Below, piece by piece: positions 11,501 to 22,213 of a stretch of 64,000 nt of DNA. How positions within the stretch are numbered: the first letter of the stretch is position 1; each line of letters begins with the position of its first letter. The notes under the pieces are model-generated. The model had not been told where the DNA came from. It saw only the letters and a program-made list of their open reading frames with translations, and made no database searches. The stretch lies in the NCBI RefSeq assembly GCF_006345805.1, contig NC_043016.1, positions 18,166,001 through 18,230,000 of the forward strand, given 5' to 3'. Made by a program: the position numbers and the translations under genes. The stretch is from Octopus sinensis (Eukaryota).

Positions 11501-13223
11501 TCAGTACTCAGCCCCCTCCTATTTATCATAGTCCTCCAGGCAATAACGGAGGAATTCAAGACAGGATGCCCTTGGGAGCTCCTCTATGCTGATGACCTTG
11601 CTCTAATTGCTGAGTCGCTATCAGAACTGGAGGAGAAGTTTCAGGTGTGGAAACAAGGATTAGAATCGAAGGGCCTCAGAGTCAATCTAGCTAAAACCAA
11701 AGTCGTAATCAGTAGGAAGGTAGACAAATCACAAACGCCTTCAGGTAGATGGCCCTGCTCGATCTGTAGAAAAGGTGTAGGTAGAAACTCTATAAGATGC
11801 ACCAAGTGTAAGCTATGGACACATAAGAGGTGCAGCAATGTCAAAGGAAGGCTAACTAGGAAGATGGTTTTTGTATGTGGCAGATGCTCAGGAACAATAA
11901 ACACTGAAAATGCTCTGAGACCAACTTGCGTCACTTTCCAGGGAGAAAAACTAGAAATAGTTGATAGTTTCCGTTACCTAGGTGACCAAGTCAGCAGCGG
12001 GGGCGGGTGTGCTGAAAGTGTAACTGCTAGAGTAAGAATAGCTTGGGCAAAGTTCAGAGAACTCTTACCCCTGCTGGTGACAAAAGGCCTCTCGCACAGA
12101 GTGAAAGGCAGACTGTATGATGCGTGTGTACGAACAGCCATGCTACATGGCAGTGAAACATGGGCCGTGACTGCTGAGGATATGCGTAAGCTCGCAAGAA
12201 ATGAAGCCAGTATGCTCCGATGGATGTGTAATGTCAGTGTTCATAATCGACAGAGTGTAAGTACCTTGAGAGAAAAGCTGGACCTAAGAAGCATCAGTTG
12301 TGGTGTGCAAGAGAGACGATTGCGCTGGTATGGTCATGTGGCGAGAATGGATGAAGATAGTTGTGTGAAAAAGTGCCACACCCTAGCGGTTGAGGGAACC
12401 TGTGGAAGAGGCAGACCCAGGAAAACCTGGGACGAGGTGGTGAAGCACGACCTTCGAACTTTAGGTCTCACTGAGGAAATGACTAGAGACCGAGTCCTCT
12501 GGAAGTGTGCTGTGCGCGAGAAGACCCGGCAGGACAAGTGAGTCCATAACCCATGGCCTTCTACTTGGGATGGAGCCAGCCTACGTATGCATACCTTCCC
12601 TTCTTGGGACACAAAACTCTACTTGTGAAGACCTGTTGAGGCAAGTGAGGATCAGAATCGAAATCGATCAATGGAAATTGCAGATGTGTTACCAGTGCCG
12701 GTGGCATGTCGATACTCTACTTGTGAAGACCCGTTGAGGCAAGTGAGGATCAGAAATGGAAATTGCAGATGTGTTACCAGTGCCGGTGGCATGTCGAAAC
12801 TCTACTTGTGAAGACCCGTTGAGGCAAGTGAGGATTAGAATGGGAATCGATCAATGGAAATTGCTGATGTGTTACCAGTGCCGGTGGCATGTAAGAGAAC
12901 CTTCCGTTTCGTGACCGTTGCCAGCACCGCTCTGTTTCGTGTCCGTTGCCAGCCTCGCCTGGCCCTTGTGCCGGTGGCACATAAAAAGCACCATCCGTTC
13001 GTGGCCGTTTGCCAGCTCTTTCTGGCACCTGTGCGGGTGGCACGTAAAAAGCACCCACTACACTCACGGAGTGGTTGGCGTTAGGAAGGGCATCCAGCCG
13101 TAGAAACACTGCCAGATTTGACTGGGCCTGATGAAGCCTTCTGGCTTCACAGACCCCAGTAGAACCGTCCAACCCATGCTGGCATGGAAAGCGGATGCTA
13201 AACGATGATGATGATGATGATGA
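8600..13223 (+). mobile_element. Full-length or near full-length RTE-clade LINE
   Basis: Intact ORF, structured 3' UTR and (GAT)n tail at 13204-13223. The 5' boundary is a guess; no TSD resolvable because the flanks are (TA)n. Confidence 0.85.
9434..12541 (+). CDS. RTE LINE polyprotein: APE endonuclease, reverse transcriptase, PHD-type zinc finger (1035 aa)
   Basis: EN motifs TLNVGTL, CMQE, AGDFNGH, SQIDYIL, PQHRLV; RT motifs KAPGPSG, DMEKAFD, QGSVLSP, YADD, FRYLG; RTE-type C-terminus GRGRPRKTW; no stops or frameshifts. Confidence 0.97.
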   Translation: MRASFQVHEATVHRPRVSRAHASHTLRVGTLNVGTLKGRSGEIVEMLERRCVDICCMQEIRWRGGSARFLTGKERRYKIFWAGNTDGVGGVGILIAEKWVDKVIEVIRVCDRILKIRLVLHHSLATIISAYAPQSGLPDGQKDRFYDTLLQTTSLTNDRDLIFVAGDFNGHVGRHAGGFHGVHGGYGYGSRNEEGTRLLVFCDANNLMICNTNFRKPTSHLVTYRSGQHTSQIDYILARQRERWLLINAKTFPGEECTPQHRLVVSDFRIRTRRTTRRRPIWRRRIWKLKDPANGQRFRDILLEASDEVEGDRASQGVEDSWTFLRDNLLRATDQICGWCKVPSRPRITWWWNNIVDRAIREKRQAWKIWKNGGSRELYQTAKREAKRQVYLARGEADKKKFANVLCREDQRLEVFRVARQCVRENRDVVGEKCVRMEDGSLALNEDAKREAWRCHYESLLNKENEWDKESLPNVDPTEGPAIRVDSSVVAKAIRSMKTGKAPGPSGITAEMLKMSGSVGYSLVTHIVNQVIHKGVIPNDWCSSIIVNCYKGKGDTLDTNNYRGIKLLDQVMKVTERVIAQLIRERVSLDEMQFGFVPGKSTTDAIFLVRQLQEKYLAKDKPLYLAFVDMEKAFDRVPRSLIWWAMRKLGIDEWLVRAVRAMYRDAASRVRVGNEYSEEFRVEVGVHQGSVLSPLLFIIVLQAITEEFKTGCPWELLYADDLALIAESLSELEEKFQVWKQGLESKGLRVNLAKTKVVISRKVDKSQTPSGRWPCSICRKGVGRNSIRCTKCKLWTHKRCSNVKGRLTRKMVFVCGRCSGTINTENALRPTCVTFQGEKLEIVDSFRYLGDQVSSGGGCAESVTARVRIAWAKFRELLPLLVTKGLSHRVKGRLYDACVRTAMLHGSETWAVTAEDMRKLARNEASMLRWMCNVSVHNRQSVSTLREKLDLRSISCGVQERRLRWYGHVARMDEDSCVKKCHTLAVEGTCGRGRPRKTWDEVVKHDLRTLGLTEEMTRDRVLWKCAVREKTRQDK

Positions 13224-13367
13224 TATATATATATATACATATACACACACCACACACATATATATATATAAATACACACACACACATACACACACACACA
13301 CATACACACACACACACACATATATATAATGCTCAATAGCATGTATACATCATCATCATGACATAGC

Positions 13368-13414
<47 letters not shown>

Positions 13415-13599
13415 TACATGCATGCTATTGAGCATTCAATTGCTTTTGCTTAACTTCACATTGATGTGGTAACAGGTGTGATCTATCCTGTCTGTGGCAG
13501 CCATCCTGGCCTTGACCCAACTGCTTTGCTGATTGAAGCCAATATCACAAATGGCGCTCCGGTACTTTCTGGTGTATCAGTTGAAGTACTTCTGAGTGC

Positions 13600-14315
13600 T
13601 TGTGATTGTCGTTGTTGTTGTTGCTGTTGTTATTGCTGATGATAATGATGATGATGACACTGACTACGACAACAGTAAAAATGATGATGATGATGATGAT
13701 GATGATAATGCTTATGAGAGTGTCAATGGTGGTGGTAGAGACAGCTGAGATGAATGACAGAGCCAGCAATGATTGCAAGTGGAACAATGGTGGAGGCAGC
13801 AGTAGAGATGGCATCAGCAGTGGTGGCAGTGCTGATAGAAGTGGTGGTGATGGTGGCAATGGTGGCAGTGGCAGCAGCAGTTGTGGTGTGCTGGTGGTGT
13901 TGCTGGTGCTGGTTGTGGTAGTGGTTGTGAGTTGAGAGGTGATGATGATGGTGATGGTGGTGCTGCTGTTAGTGGTGGTGGCGCTGCTGTTAGTGGTGGT
14001 GGTGCTGCTGTTGGTGGTGGTGGCAGTGGTGGTGGCGGTGCTGCTGCTGATTGTGGTGACAGTAGTGGTGCTGATGGTGGTCGTGGTGGTACTGTTGTTG
14101 GTAGTGTTGATGGTGGTGGTGGTGGTGGTGGTGTGGTGGTCGTCGTGGTGGTGGTGGTGGTGGTGGTACTGTTGATGATGATGGTGGTGGTGCTACTGCT
14201 GCTAATCATAGTGGTGGTGTTGATGATGGTGGTGCTGCTGCTGATCATGGTAGTGGTGCTGCTGCTGATAGTGGTGTTGGTGCTGCTACTGCTGTTGATG
14301 ATGATGATGATGAAT
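13600..14315. repeat. Cryptic trinucleotide repeat (GAT/GGT/GCT/GTT)
   Basis: Mosaic of triplet runs; explains the poly-V/M/G/P ORFs in the track. Confidence 0.85.
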
Positions 14316-15109
14316 CCCATCCAGGAAATTTGTAAGGGTGTAATGTGGTAGGGTGAAGATGGACATAGTATAAATGAACTGCACCTCTGCCTTAAATGAC
14401 TTAATTTCTCAGACAAATGAAGTTACTTGCCTCCAAGCCAAAATTCAGATCATACTAATAATAGCAACAATGACATTACCAACAACAATAAATGTTTCTG
14501 ATTTAAGCACAAGGTCAAAAATTTTAGTGGGAGGTTCTTAAACAATTAACTCAACCCCAATAGTTGACATGCACTTTATTTTATCAACACTAGAAAGACA
14601 AAAGGCAAAGTTGATCCTGACGGGATTTTAATTCTGAATGTAAGTTGAAGCTAATACAAGGCATTTTTTTTTCCAACGCACTTGATTCTGACAATTTGTC
14701 AAGCAAGAGAACTTGGATAGAAGAACCAGCAAAGTGCTCGCAATATACAACATGCGCCACCCTAAAAGCGATACTGACTGACTCTCCCTACCAAAAAAGG
14801 AAGGTGGCAGAGGTAACTGCAAAAAGCCCATCATATATGTGTATTTATATGTTTGTGTTTGTGTGTCTGTGTTTGTTCCCCTACCATTGCTTGACAACCG
14901 ATGCTGGTATGTTTACATCCCTGTAACTTAGTGGTTCAGCACAAGAGACCAATAGAATTCAGAAGACAATGGTAGTAATACAATACAGGATATGAAAAAT
15001 TATGTTGTGCAGTGTACAGAGAGAATACTATTGGCAGCTAGAGATATCCAAAATTTGACCAAAATGGAGAATTCAAAGAGAAACGGTAAAACAACAGAAC
15101 AAACAAATG

Positions 15110-16135
15110 GAAAGAAATGGAAGTACATGACTAATACATGCAACAAACTGAGAAAGTTGAAAGACAAATATTACTGGCTGAAAACAAATTTGATAAATGC
15201 AATGATTGACAAAACACAGTCAGACAGCAAATGTAGAATCTGCAGGAAAGGAGACGAAAGTATCTATCACCTTTTGAGTGAGTGTAGTATGCTAGCACAA
15301 AAAGAGTATAAATGTAGACATGGCTGTGTAGGCAAAAGAGTGCATTGGGAAGTTAGCCAAATGTGTGGTTTCAAAACAACAGAAAAGTGGTAGAACACAA
15401 ACCAAAGACTGAGATAGAAAATGAGAATTACAAGAGCATAGGTGCAGGTGTGGCTGTGTGGTAAGTAGCTTGCTGACCAAACACATGGTTCTGGGTTCAG
15501 TCCCACTGCATGGCACCTTAGGCAAGTGTCTTCTACAATAGCCTCAGCTGACCAAAGCCTTGTGAGTGGATTTGGGAGACGGAAACTGCAAAAAGCCCAT
15601 CATATATGTATATTTATATGTATGTGTTTGTGTGTCTGTGTTTGTTCCCCTACCATTGCTTGACAACCAATGCTGGTATGTTTACATCCCTGTAACTTAG
15701 TGGTTCAGCACAAGAAACCAATAGAAAAAGTACTAGGCTTACAAAGAATAAGTCCTGGGGTCAATTTGTTCGACTAAAGGTAGTGCTCCAGCATGGCTGC
15801 AGTCAAATGAATTAAACAAGTAAAAGAATATAAAAGAATACTGACAAAATAAACAACAGTGTAAGATCATAGATTTTGTAATTCACTATGGTAGCAATCT
15901 TAATGTCCAGAAATTAAAAAATTGAGAAATATCAGGATTTAGTCTGAGAGCTGAGGAGACCGTGGAAGACCAAGGCAATAATCATTCCTGGTGCAGTTGG
16001 TACAACACACAAAATGCTAACTAAAGGGCTGTAAAAGATTGGAACAGAAACTCACATTGTTGACCTGCAGAAAAGTATAATTTCTTATTCTGCAAGAATC
16101 CAAATGGAGATTCTTGAGATTTGTCACCAAACATC
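15110..16135 (+). pseudogene. R4/Dong-like (RLE) LINE C-terminal remnant, split by a family A SINE
   Basis: CRICRKGDESIYHLLSECSMLAQKEYKCRH..VHW zinc knuckle at ~15230-15350; after the SINE, EKYQDL..IIP.GAVG..LQK..SARI at ~15920-16120. Confidence 0.8.
15437..15835 (+). mobile_element. SINE family A (a partial copy also at ~14810-14960)
   Basis: Full head, core and tail matching other family A copies. Confidence 0.85.
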
Positions 16136-16359
16136 AAGGTAAAATACCTGCTAATTAAATTAGTACACACAGTGTAATAATGATAGGGTTGGAGAGGTTT
16201 GATCAGTTGCCAGGAGTGTGTAGAAGCAGAGGAAAACAGCTTCGGGTGGGGTATGTAAAAACATGCTGTGGAACCATTGCTGGAACATGTAAAGAAGTCC
16301 AGCATCTTCAAAATTGATAACTGAGTGAAGAAAGAAAAAAAAACGTAAAGAGGAAAAAA

Positions 16360-16740
16360 AGAAATAGCATGGAAAGAAGAGAAAATGCATGGTTAGTCAG
16401 CAAGAAGTATGGACACCAAGACAGAAACAGAAAACCAGTGGTCATGGATGCAGAGGTGTGACCTGGAGATAGAGACAGAAGCACTTATATGAGCAGCACA
16501 AGAACAGGTATTAAGGATGAACTATGTGAAGTGCAGAATCAACATTACAATTGAGAGCGACAAATGCAGAATGTGTGATGAGAGGGTAAAACTGTATGGC
16601 ACATTGTTAGTGAATTCCCCAAATTGGCACAATGTAATTACAAAAGACAACATGACAATGTGGCAAGAATGATCCATTGGAAGCTCTGTGGAAATCATGG
16701 ACTACAAAGAGCAAAGACATAGTATGACCAAACCCCAGAA
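16360..16740 (+). pseudogene. R4/Dong-like LINE remnant
   Basis: MHG..ETEALI*AAQEQVL..CRMC..HIVSE..LAQCNYKRQHDNVARMIHWKLC across stops and frameshifts. Confidence 0.8.
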
Positions 16741-16900
16741 GGTGGCTTCAGATAGTGTGGTCATTGTGTTACACCGTCCGAGGCCTCTTTTCTGCCAGTT
16801 ATTCGATCCCATGCCGATACCAGTCCTTGCCCTTCAAGGAGAACTCCTTCACTAAAGCTTCCACCTCCAATCGGTCGATGCAAACATAGTCAGTGAACCA
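16741..16900 (-). pseudogene. mariner transposase C-terminal remnant
   Basis: VEALVKEFSLKGKDWYRHGIE*LA..HND resembles the mariner C-terminus seen at 17400-17490. Confidence 0.6.
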
Positions 16901-17019
16901 TGAATCAAAGTAAATAATAATCTGAGGGAAATATTTTTTCACAATTTTAATGTGCATAAAGCAGTGGTTAAACAAAGGTCAGCTTCTGGAACCTGTCTCT
17001 AAATATCAGTGTTTCGAAT

Positions 17020-17560
17020 ACAAGGTGATGATCCATGTCCAATGGAATTATGCGGGGATATTTCACTATGAGTTCATTCTGGATAGTTGAATCATTGATA
17101 CCAACCTGTACTCTGAACAGTTAAAGTGGACGTATGCTGTTGTGCAGCAAAAAATACTCAGAATTGGTTAACAGGAAGTGAACTCTACTGCAGCATGACA
17201 ATGCAAGACTCATACCACTCAGACGACTCATAATAAACTCACAGAAATTTAAGGGAATTGAACTGGTGCTACACCTTGCATATAGTCCAAACCTAGCTTC
17301 CTTGGATAATTATTTGTCCCAATCCATGGTCCACTGCCTTGGCATGCAATGCTTCATCAACCAAAAGGAGGTAGAAATTTCAAAGAAGGAATTCTTAGCC
17401 TCGAAGAACAAGAACTGGTATCATCATGGGATCAAAGAACTGGCAGAAAGGTGGCTTGAGACGGTGCAACACGATGGTCTCTACTTCGAAGGCAAAGCTG
17501 TTTCTGTTGTAACTTGACAAACAAGTTACCAAAACAGTGCAAAACTTTCGACTCGACACA
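17020..17560 (+). pseudogene. mariner (DD34D) transposase remnant
   Basis: QHDNAR and HLAYSPNLASLD (degenerate HDNARPH, YSPDLAPSD), then WYHHGIKELAERW..HDGLYFE. Confidence 0.85.
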
Positions 17561-18469
17561 ATAGTAACAACAACAACAAAAACAACAACAATAATAATAA
17601 CAGTAACAACAACAGCAACGGCAGCAACAACAACAATAAACTGTTGTATTCTATTTCAGAAGCAAAGTCTTTTCCCAGCCTTTATTCATTGACTAAACAA
17701 ACAAAAGAAACATGCAAACGTTTGTTTTTTTTCAAAACTCCTCCTTATCCAACCAGTGTTATTTACATTATTTTGAGTCTTGTTATCAAATATTTAGTTT
17801 CAACTTTATGCTGTGCTATATGATATATCTATGACTGTAAACACTTCATCTATATAAACGATGTTCTACACACAGACAAGATGTTTACATCTCACTATAC
17901 ACCCAATGCCAGTTAAAGAAAAAAAACAAAATCTATATATATATTTTGTGTGTAATGCAGTGCAGTATTATTGATTTTTTAGGCCACACTGTATATACAG
18001 ACAAATGTAAACATACTGTCTGTATATACTATGTTGTATGTAATGATAAGGAGATATATATTGGTATATACATAGAGTGTTGGTTAAAAATCTATAGATA
18101 TATTGAGTTGTACAGAATATATAGTTATATTATTACATTTCCAGGTTGAAAAGTTACAATGCTAGACTTATAGAGAGTATAGTGTTTTTGTGTGCATGTG
18201 TATTTGATTATTTTTCATTGAACACACACACACACTTGATATCTGGGTTATAACCTAATAACATGCATTTCAAAGATTCTCTATGGTTATTAACTACCAT
18301 ATGCTATTGCACAACCATTTACATATGGAAATCCATTAGTGTATGCAAAATTCTTTACAAAGGAAATTTATATTACAAGAAGATGGAACGAAAAGGCCTT
18401 AATCCAAATCACAACAATTGTATCTTCCATGGTGTGTACATGGGGGCCATGGAGTTCGTACCAGAAATG

Positions 18470-18570
18470 AAAAGGGAACTAGGTGTTCTGAATGCAAATA
18501 ACCTATTGATCTGCAACACCAACTTCAGGAAGCCAGCCACCCACCTGATAACTTATAACATGAGCAGTTA
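18470..18570 (+). pseudogene. RTE endonuclease fragment
   Basis: NANNLLICNTNFRKPATHLITY matches the intact ORF segment DANNLMICNTNFRKPTSHLVTY. Confidence 0.7.
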
Positions 18571-18764
18571 ACTGCTGATCATTTCACATATTATACATAT
18601 TATTATATAAATATTATATGGTTCATATTTATATAATATTTATATAATAACAATATATAATATGGAAAACTCATTCACCAACTGCTGTCACCAACGCACA
18701 GAAACAACTGTTGGGATTTGGATTAAAGACTACATTCTGTCTGCTTGTATTATAAATTTATATA

Positions 18765-19631
18765 TATGAGGTTGTATCAAAAAGTCCTTGGACTAGTTAT
18801 GCTTAATAAAAAATAACTTATTTTCCTAAGTTTTAACAGCATTTCCTTTGAAATAGACACCATACATAGCAATACATCAGTCCTAACTTTCCTGCCACTT
18901 TTGGAATCTGGCCCGGAAGTTGTTTTCTGTGAGTCGAAGAACTTCTGTGATTCACTCTTTATCTCAACAATGGTGTTAAAACAGCAACCTTTGAGCTGAA
19001 TTTTCATATTGGAAGTCCACAGATGCAAAAATCTGGTGAATAGGGTGGGTGCAGAAGTGATATCATATTTTAGGTGTGAAACTCATGAGTAACAAGAACT
19101 CAGTGACAGGATGCCTTCTTTGTGCTCCACAGTTCCAGTTATTTTTGCCAAATGTCCTCCCTCAAACACTTCAAGACATCTTTGATTGTCCTTTGATGAT
19201 CCTCATACACAAGTTGAAGAATTTTCTCCAGATTTCTGGGAGTGATGCTCGTGGCAGATCTTCCAGATCCCTCATCGTCTTTCAGGGATGTTCTTCTGTT
19301 TTTGAAGCATCCATACCACTCAAAACTTTGTGTAAGAACCATTGTTTTAGTGCAGTAATCTTGCTAAAGCATGCTCAATGTCTCTGTAGCAGACTTCCCA
19401 AATTTAATGCAAAATTTCACATTGGTTCTTTATTCCAACTTCCTGTCCATGACAAAAAAAATCACAGATCCCTACATACCTGTGATCACAAAAACACAAA
19501 TTTCACAATTTGTGAAGTAAAGATAGCAATGTCGCTCAACACACTGCTTCATAAGGTCACTGCTAGCTCTCACTGCCATCTGTTGGTGTGCTACAGAACT
19601 AGTCCAGGAACTTTTTGACACCTCCTTCATA
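18765..19631 (-). mobile_element. Internally deleted mariner element with both TIRs
   Basis: TA-flanked imperfect TIRs TGAGGTTGTATCAAAAAGTCCTTGGACTAGTT / AACTAGTCCAGGAACTTTTTGACACCTCCTTCA; HTH-region peptide FEWYGCFKNRRTSLKDDEGSGR. Confidence 0.8.
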
Positions 19632-20360
19632 TGTTGGTAAGTAAAATGTTTGTGGCGGTAATAAATTAATTCCAAATTGGAGACACCCAACAGTGTTACA
19701 AAAGACTGAATGACATGTAGAATCAAAGGAATTAAGAATATAAAAGAAATCCTTATCACTTGACTATTTTATGACCCTTTCTTTTCTCTCTGTCTCTCTA
19801 ACTTTATTTTCTTATCTATCTATTTTTTTCCCTCCTTTACATACTTCTAATGGGTTTATTTTTCTGAGTGAGCACCCCTTTTAATACATCCCTTTGTATA
19901 TCTCATTATTTGCTCATATCTTCATTCTGATAGCATGTACATATCTTTATCTATATATGTATATATTGATATATATATATCTATATCTAAGCTATGTTTT
20001 ATGTTTTTATGTCTTATTTGTCCATGTTTTCTTATCAGTGTGGTTCATTTTATTACATTTTATGACGAGAAGCATGTCTTCCCTCTTTTGAAAATTGCTA
20101 GAATACAGCAACCACCTAGATATATGCTACTTTGGAACTAAGTGAAATGGTGAGTAGAAAGATTGAGGTATTTGTTTAAAAAGTCACTTGAAGAAATACA
20201 ATCTGAACCTGTGATGTTAAACAATTGATCATACAGCATCTCACCTGGGATGTACAGGCATGGAATGAATTGAAACAATTGTAGAGGTTTTGAAGAAAGA
20301 ATCTCATGAATTCCATTTTCTGTTTCTGATCTACTTTTATATAAACTCTATGGAGACCAA

Positions 20361-20676
20361 GTGGAGGCACAATGGCCCAGTGGTTAGGGCAGCGGACTCG
20401 CGGTCGGAGGATCGCAGTTTTGATTCCCAGACCGGGCATTGTGTGTGTTTAATGAACGAACACACCTAAAAGCTCCACGGGGTTCTGACAGGGGATGGTG
20501 GCGACCCCTGTTGTACTCTTTTGCCACAACTTTCTCTCACTCTCTCTTCATGTTTCTTGAGTAACACTGCGATGGACTGGCATCCCGTCCAACTGGGGGG
20601 AACACATATGCCACAGAAACGGGGAAACCTGGCCCATGAGCCTGTCTAGGCTTGAAAAGGGCGATGTTTATCGTTT
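20361..20676 (+). mobile_element. SINE family C with 12-bp TSD
   Basis: TATGGAGACCAA at 20349-20360 and 20677-20688. Confidence 0.9.
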
Positions 20677-20824
20677 TATGGAGACCAAAGAATTCCTGAA
20701 GTAAATCCAGAAGTATATGCATCCCTACTGTTGTTGACATCAGATAGCCAAAATCTGTAGGTGAGCTTTACCTTGTAGAATACTTTATAGTAACCTACAA
20801 GGTTTCTGACTGAAAACAATTTAA

Positions 20825-21210
20825 CTATTCTCTTATTCTTCTATTCTTTTATCTGTTTCAGTCATTTGACTGTAGTCTTGAAGGATTTTGGTCAAACAAA
20901 TTGAACCAGGACTTATTTTTATAATCCTAGTACTTATTCTATTGGTCTCTTCTGCCAAACTGCTAAGTTACAGGAATATAAACACACCAATTGTCAAGCA
21001 GTGATAGGGGAACAAATATAGATGCACACTCACATAAATATATACATACAATGGGTTTCTTTCAGTTTCCATCTACCAAATCCACGCACAAGGTTTTGGT
21101 TGGCCTGAGGCTATAGTAGAAGATGCTTGCCCAAGGTGCCACACAATGGGACTGAACCCAGGTCCATGTGGTTGGAAAGCAAGCTGCTTACCACACAGCC
21201 ACACCTGTAC
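20825..21210 (-). mobile_element. SINE family A, diverged
   Basis: Reverse-complement head ACCACACAGCCAC, core and tail. Confidence 0.75.
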
Positions 21211-21287
21211 CAATGTATATATATGTATGTGTGTGTGTGTGCGTGCGTGCGTGTGTGCACGCGCATGTGTGAATGCATGCATGTGTG

Positions 21288-21318
<31 letters not shown>

Positions 21319-21577
21319 TTATATATAAGCCATGTATCCAATCTTTTGGATCATTGATCATGCTGTGTCTGTGTCTTAACATTACTTTCTAATCGGAAAC
21401 AAACATCACCTTCAGCCAAGTTGCACTGTTTTGTTTGCAATTTCCTGTGAGGACATGTCCAGAGTTGATAAAATGTTACCTCACCTGAAAATAGGTAAGG
21501 GTTAGCTGATTGAAAAGTATTTGCCTCAACAAATCATGCATGACCCATGCAAGCATGGAAAAGTAGACGTTAAAGTA

Positions 21578-21579
<2 letters not shown>

Positions 21580-21615
<36 letters not shown>

Positions 21616-22180
21616 AATGATGATGCCGACAACGACGACGACGGTAATGATGGTAATGATGATAATGATGACAGTGGCAGTGATAGTGATGATGACGGTG
21701 AGAATTGTGGTGCTGGGACAGACATGAAGGAGGCGAGCTAGTAGAAACGTTGCATGCCGGGCGAAATTCTTAGTGTATTTTGTCTGCCGTTACATTCTGA
21801 GTTCAAATTCCACCGAGGTTGACTTTGTCTTTCATCCTTTCGGGATCGATAAATTAAGTACCAGTTATACACTGGCGTCAATGTAATTTACTTAATTCCT
21901 TTGTCTGTCCTTGTTTGTCTTCTCTGTGTTTAGCCCCCTGTGGGCAATAAAGAAATAAGAGACATGATGATGAGGATGATGGTGACGACAACAATGACGA
22001 CGACGACAACAACAACAACAACAGTTATGATGACAACAACAATAATGATGATGATGATGATGATGACAGTGGCGATGATAGTGATGATGATGGTGAGAAT
22101 TATGGTACTGGTGATGGTGATGATGATGATGACAGTGGTGATGATAGTGATGATGATGAGAATTATGGTACTGGTGATGG

Positions 22181-22213
<33 letters not shown>

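Noticed and set aside
13128-13150. Possible hammerhead in the RTE UTR (CTGATGA-AGCC-TTCT-GGCT)
   Set aside because: No GAAA after the stem, and other copies change the CUGAUGA motif
13881-14351. Gly/Ala-rich ORF (GGAAVSGG) resembling structural proteins
   Set aside because: Lies in a cryptic triplet repeat and shifts into poly-Val; all frames give low-complexity ORFs
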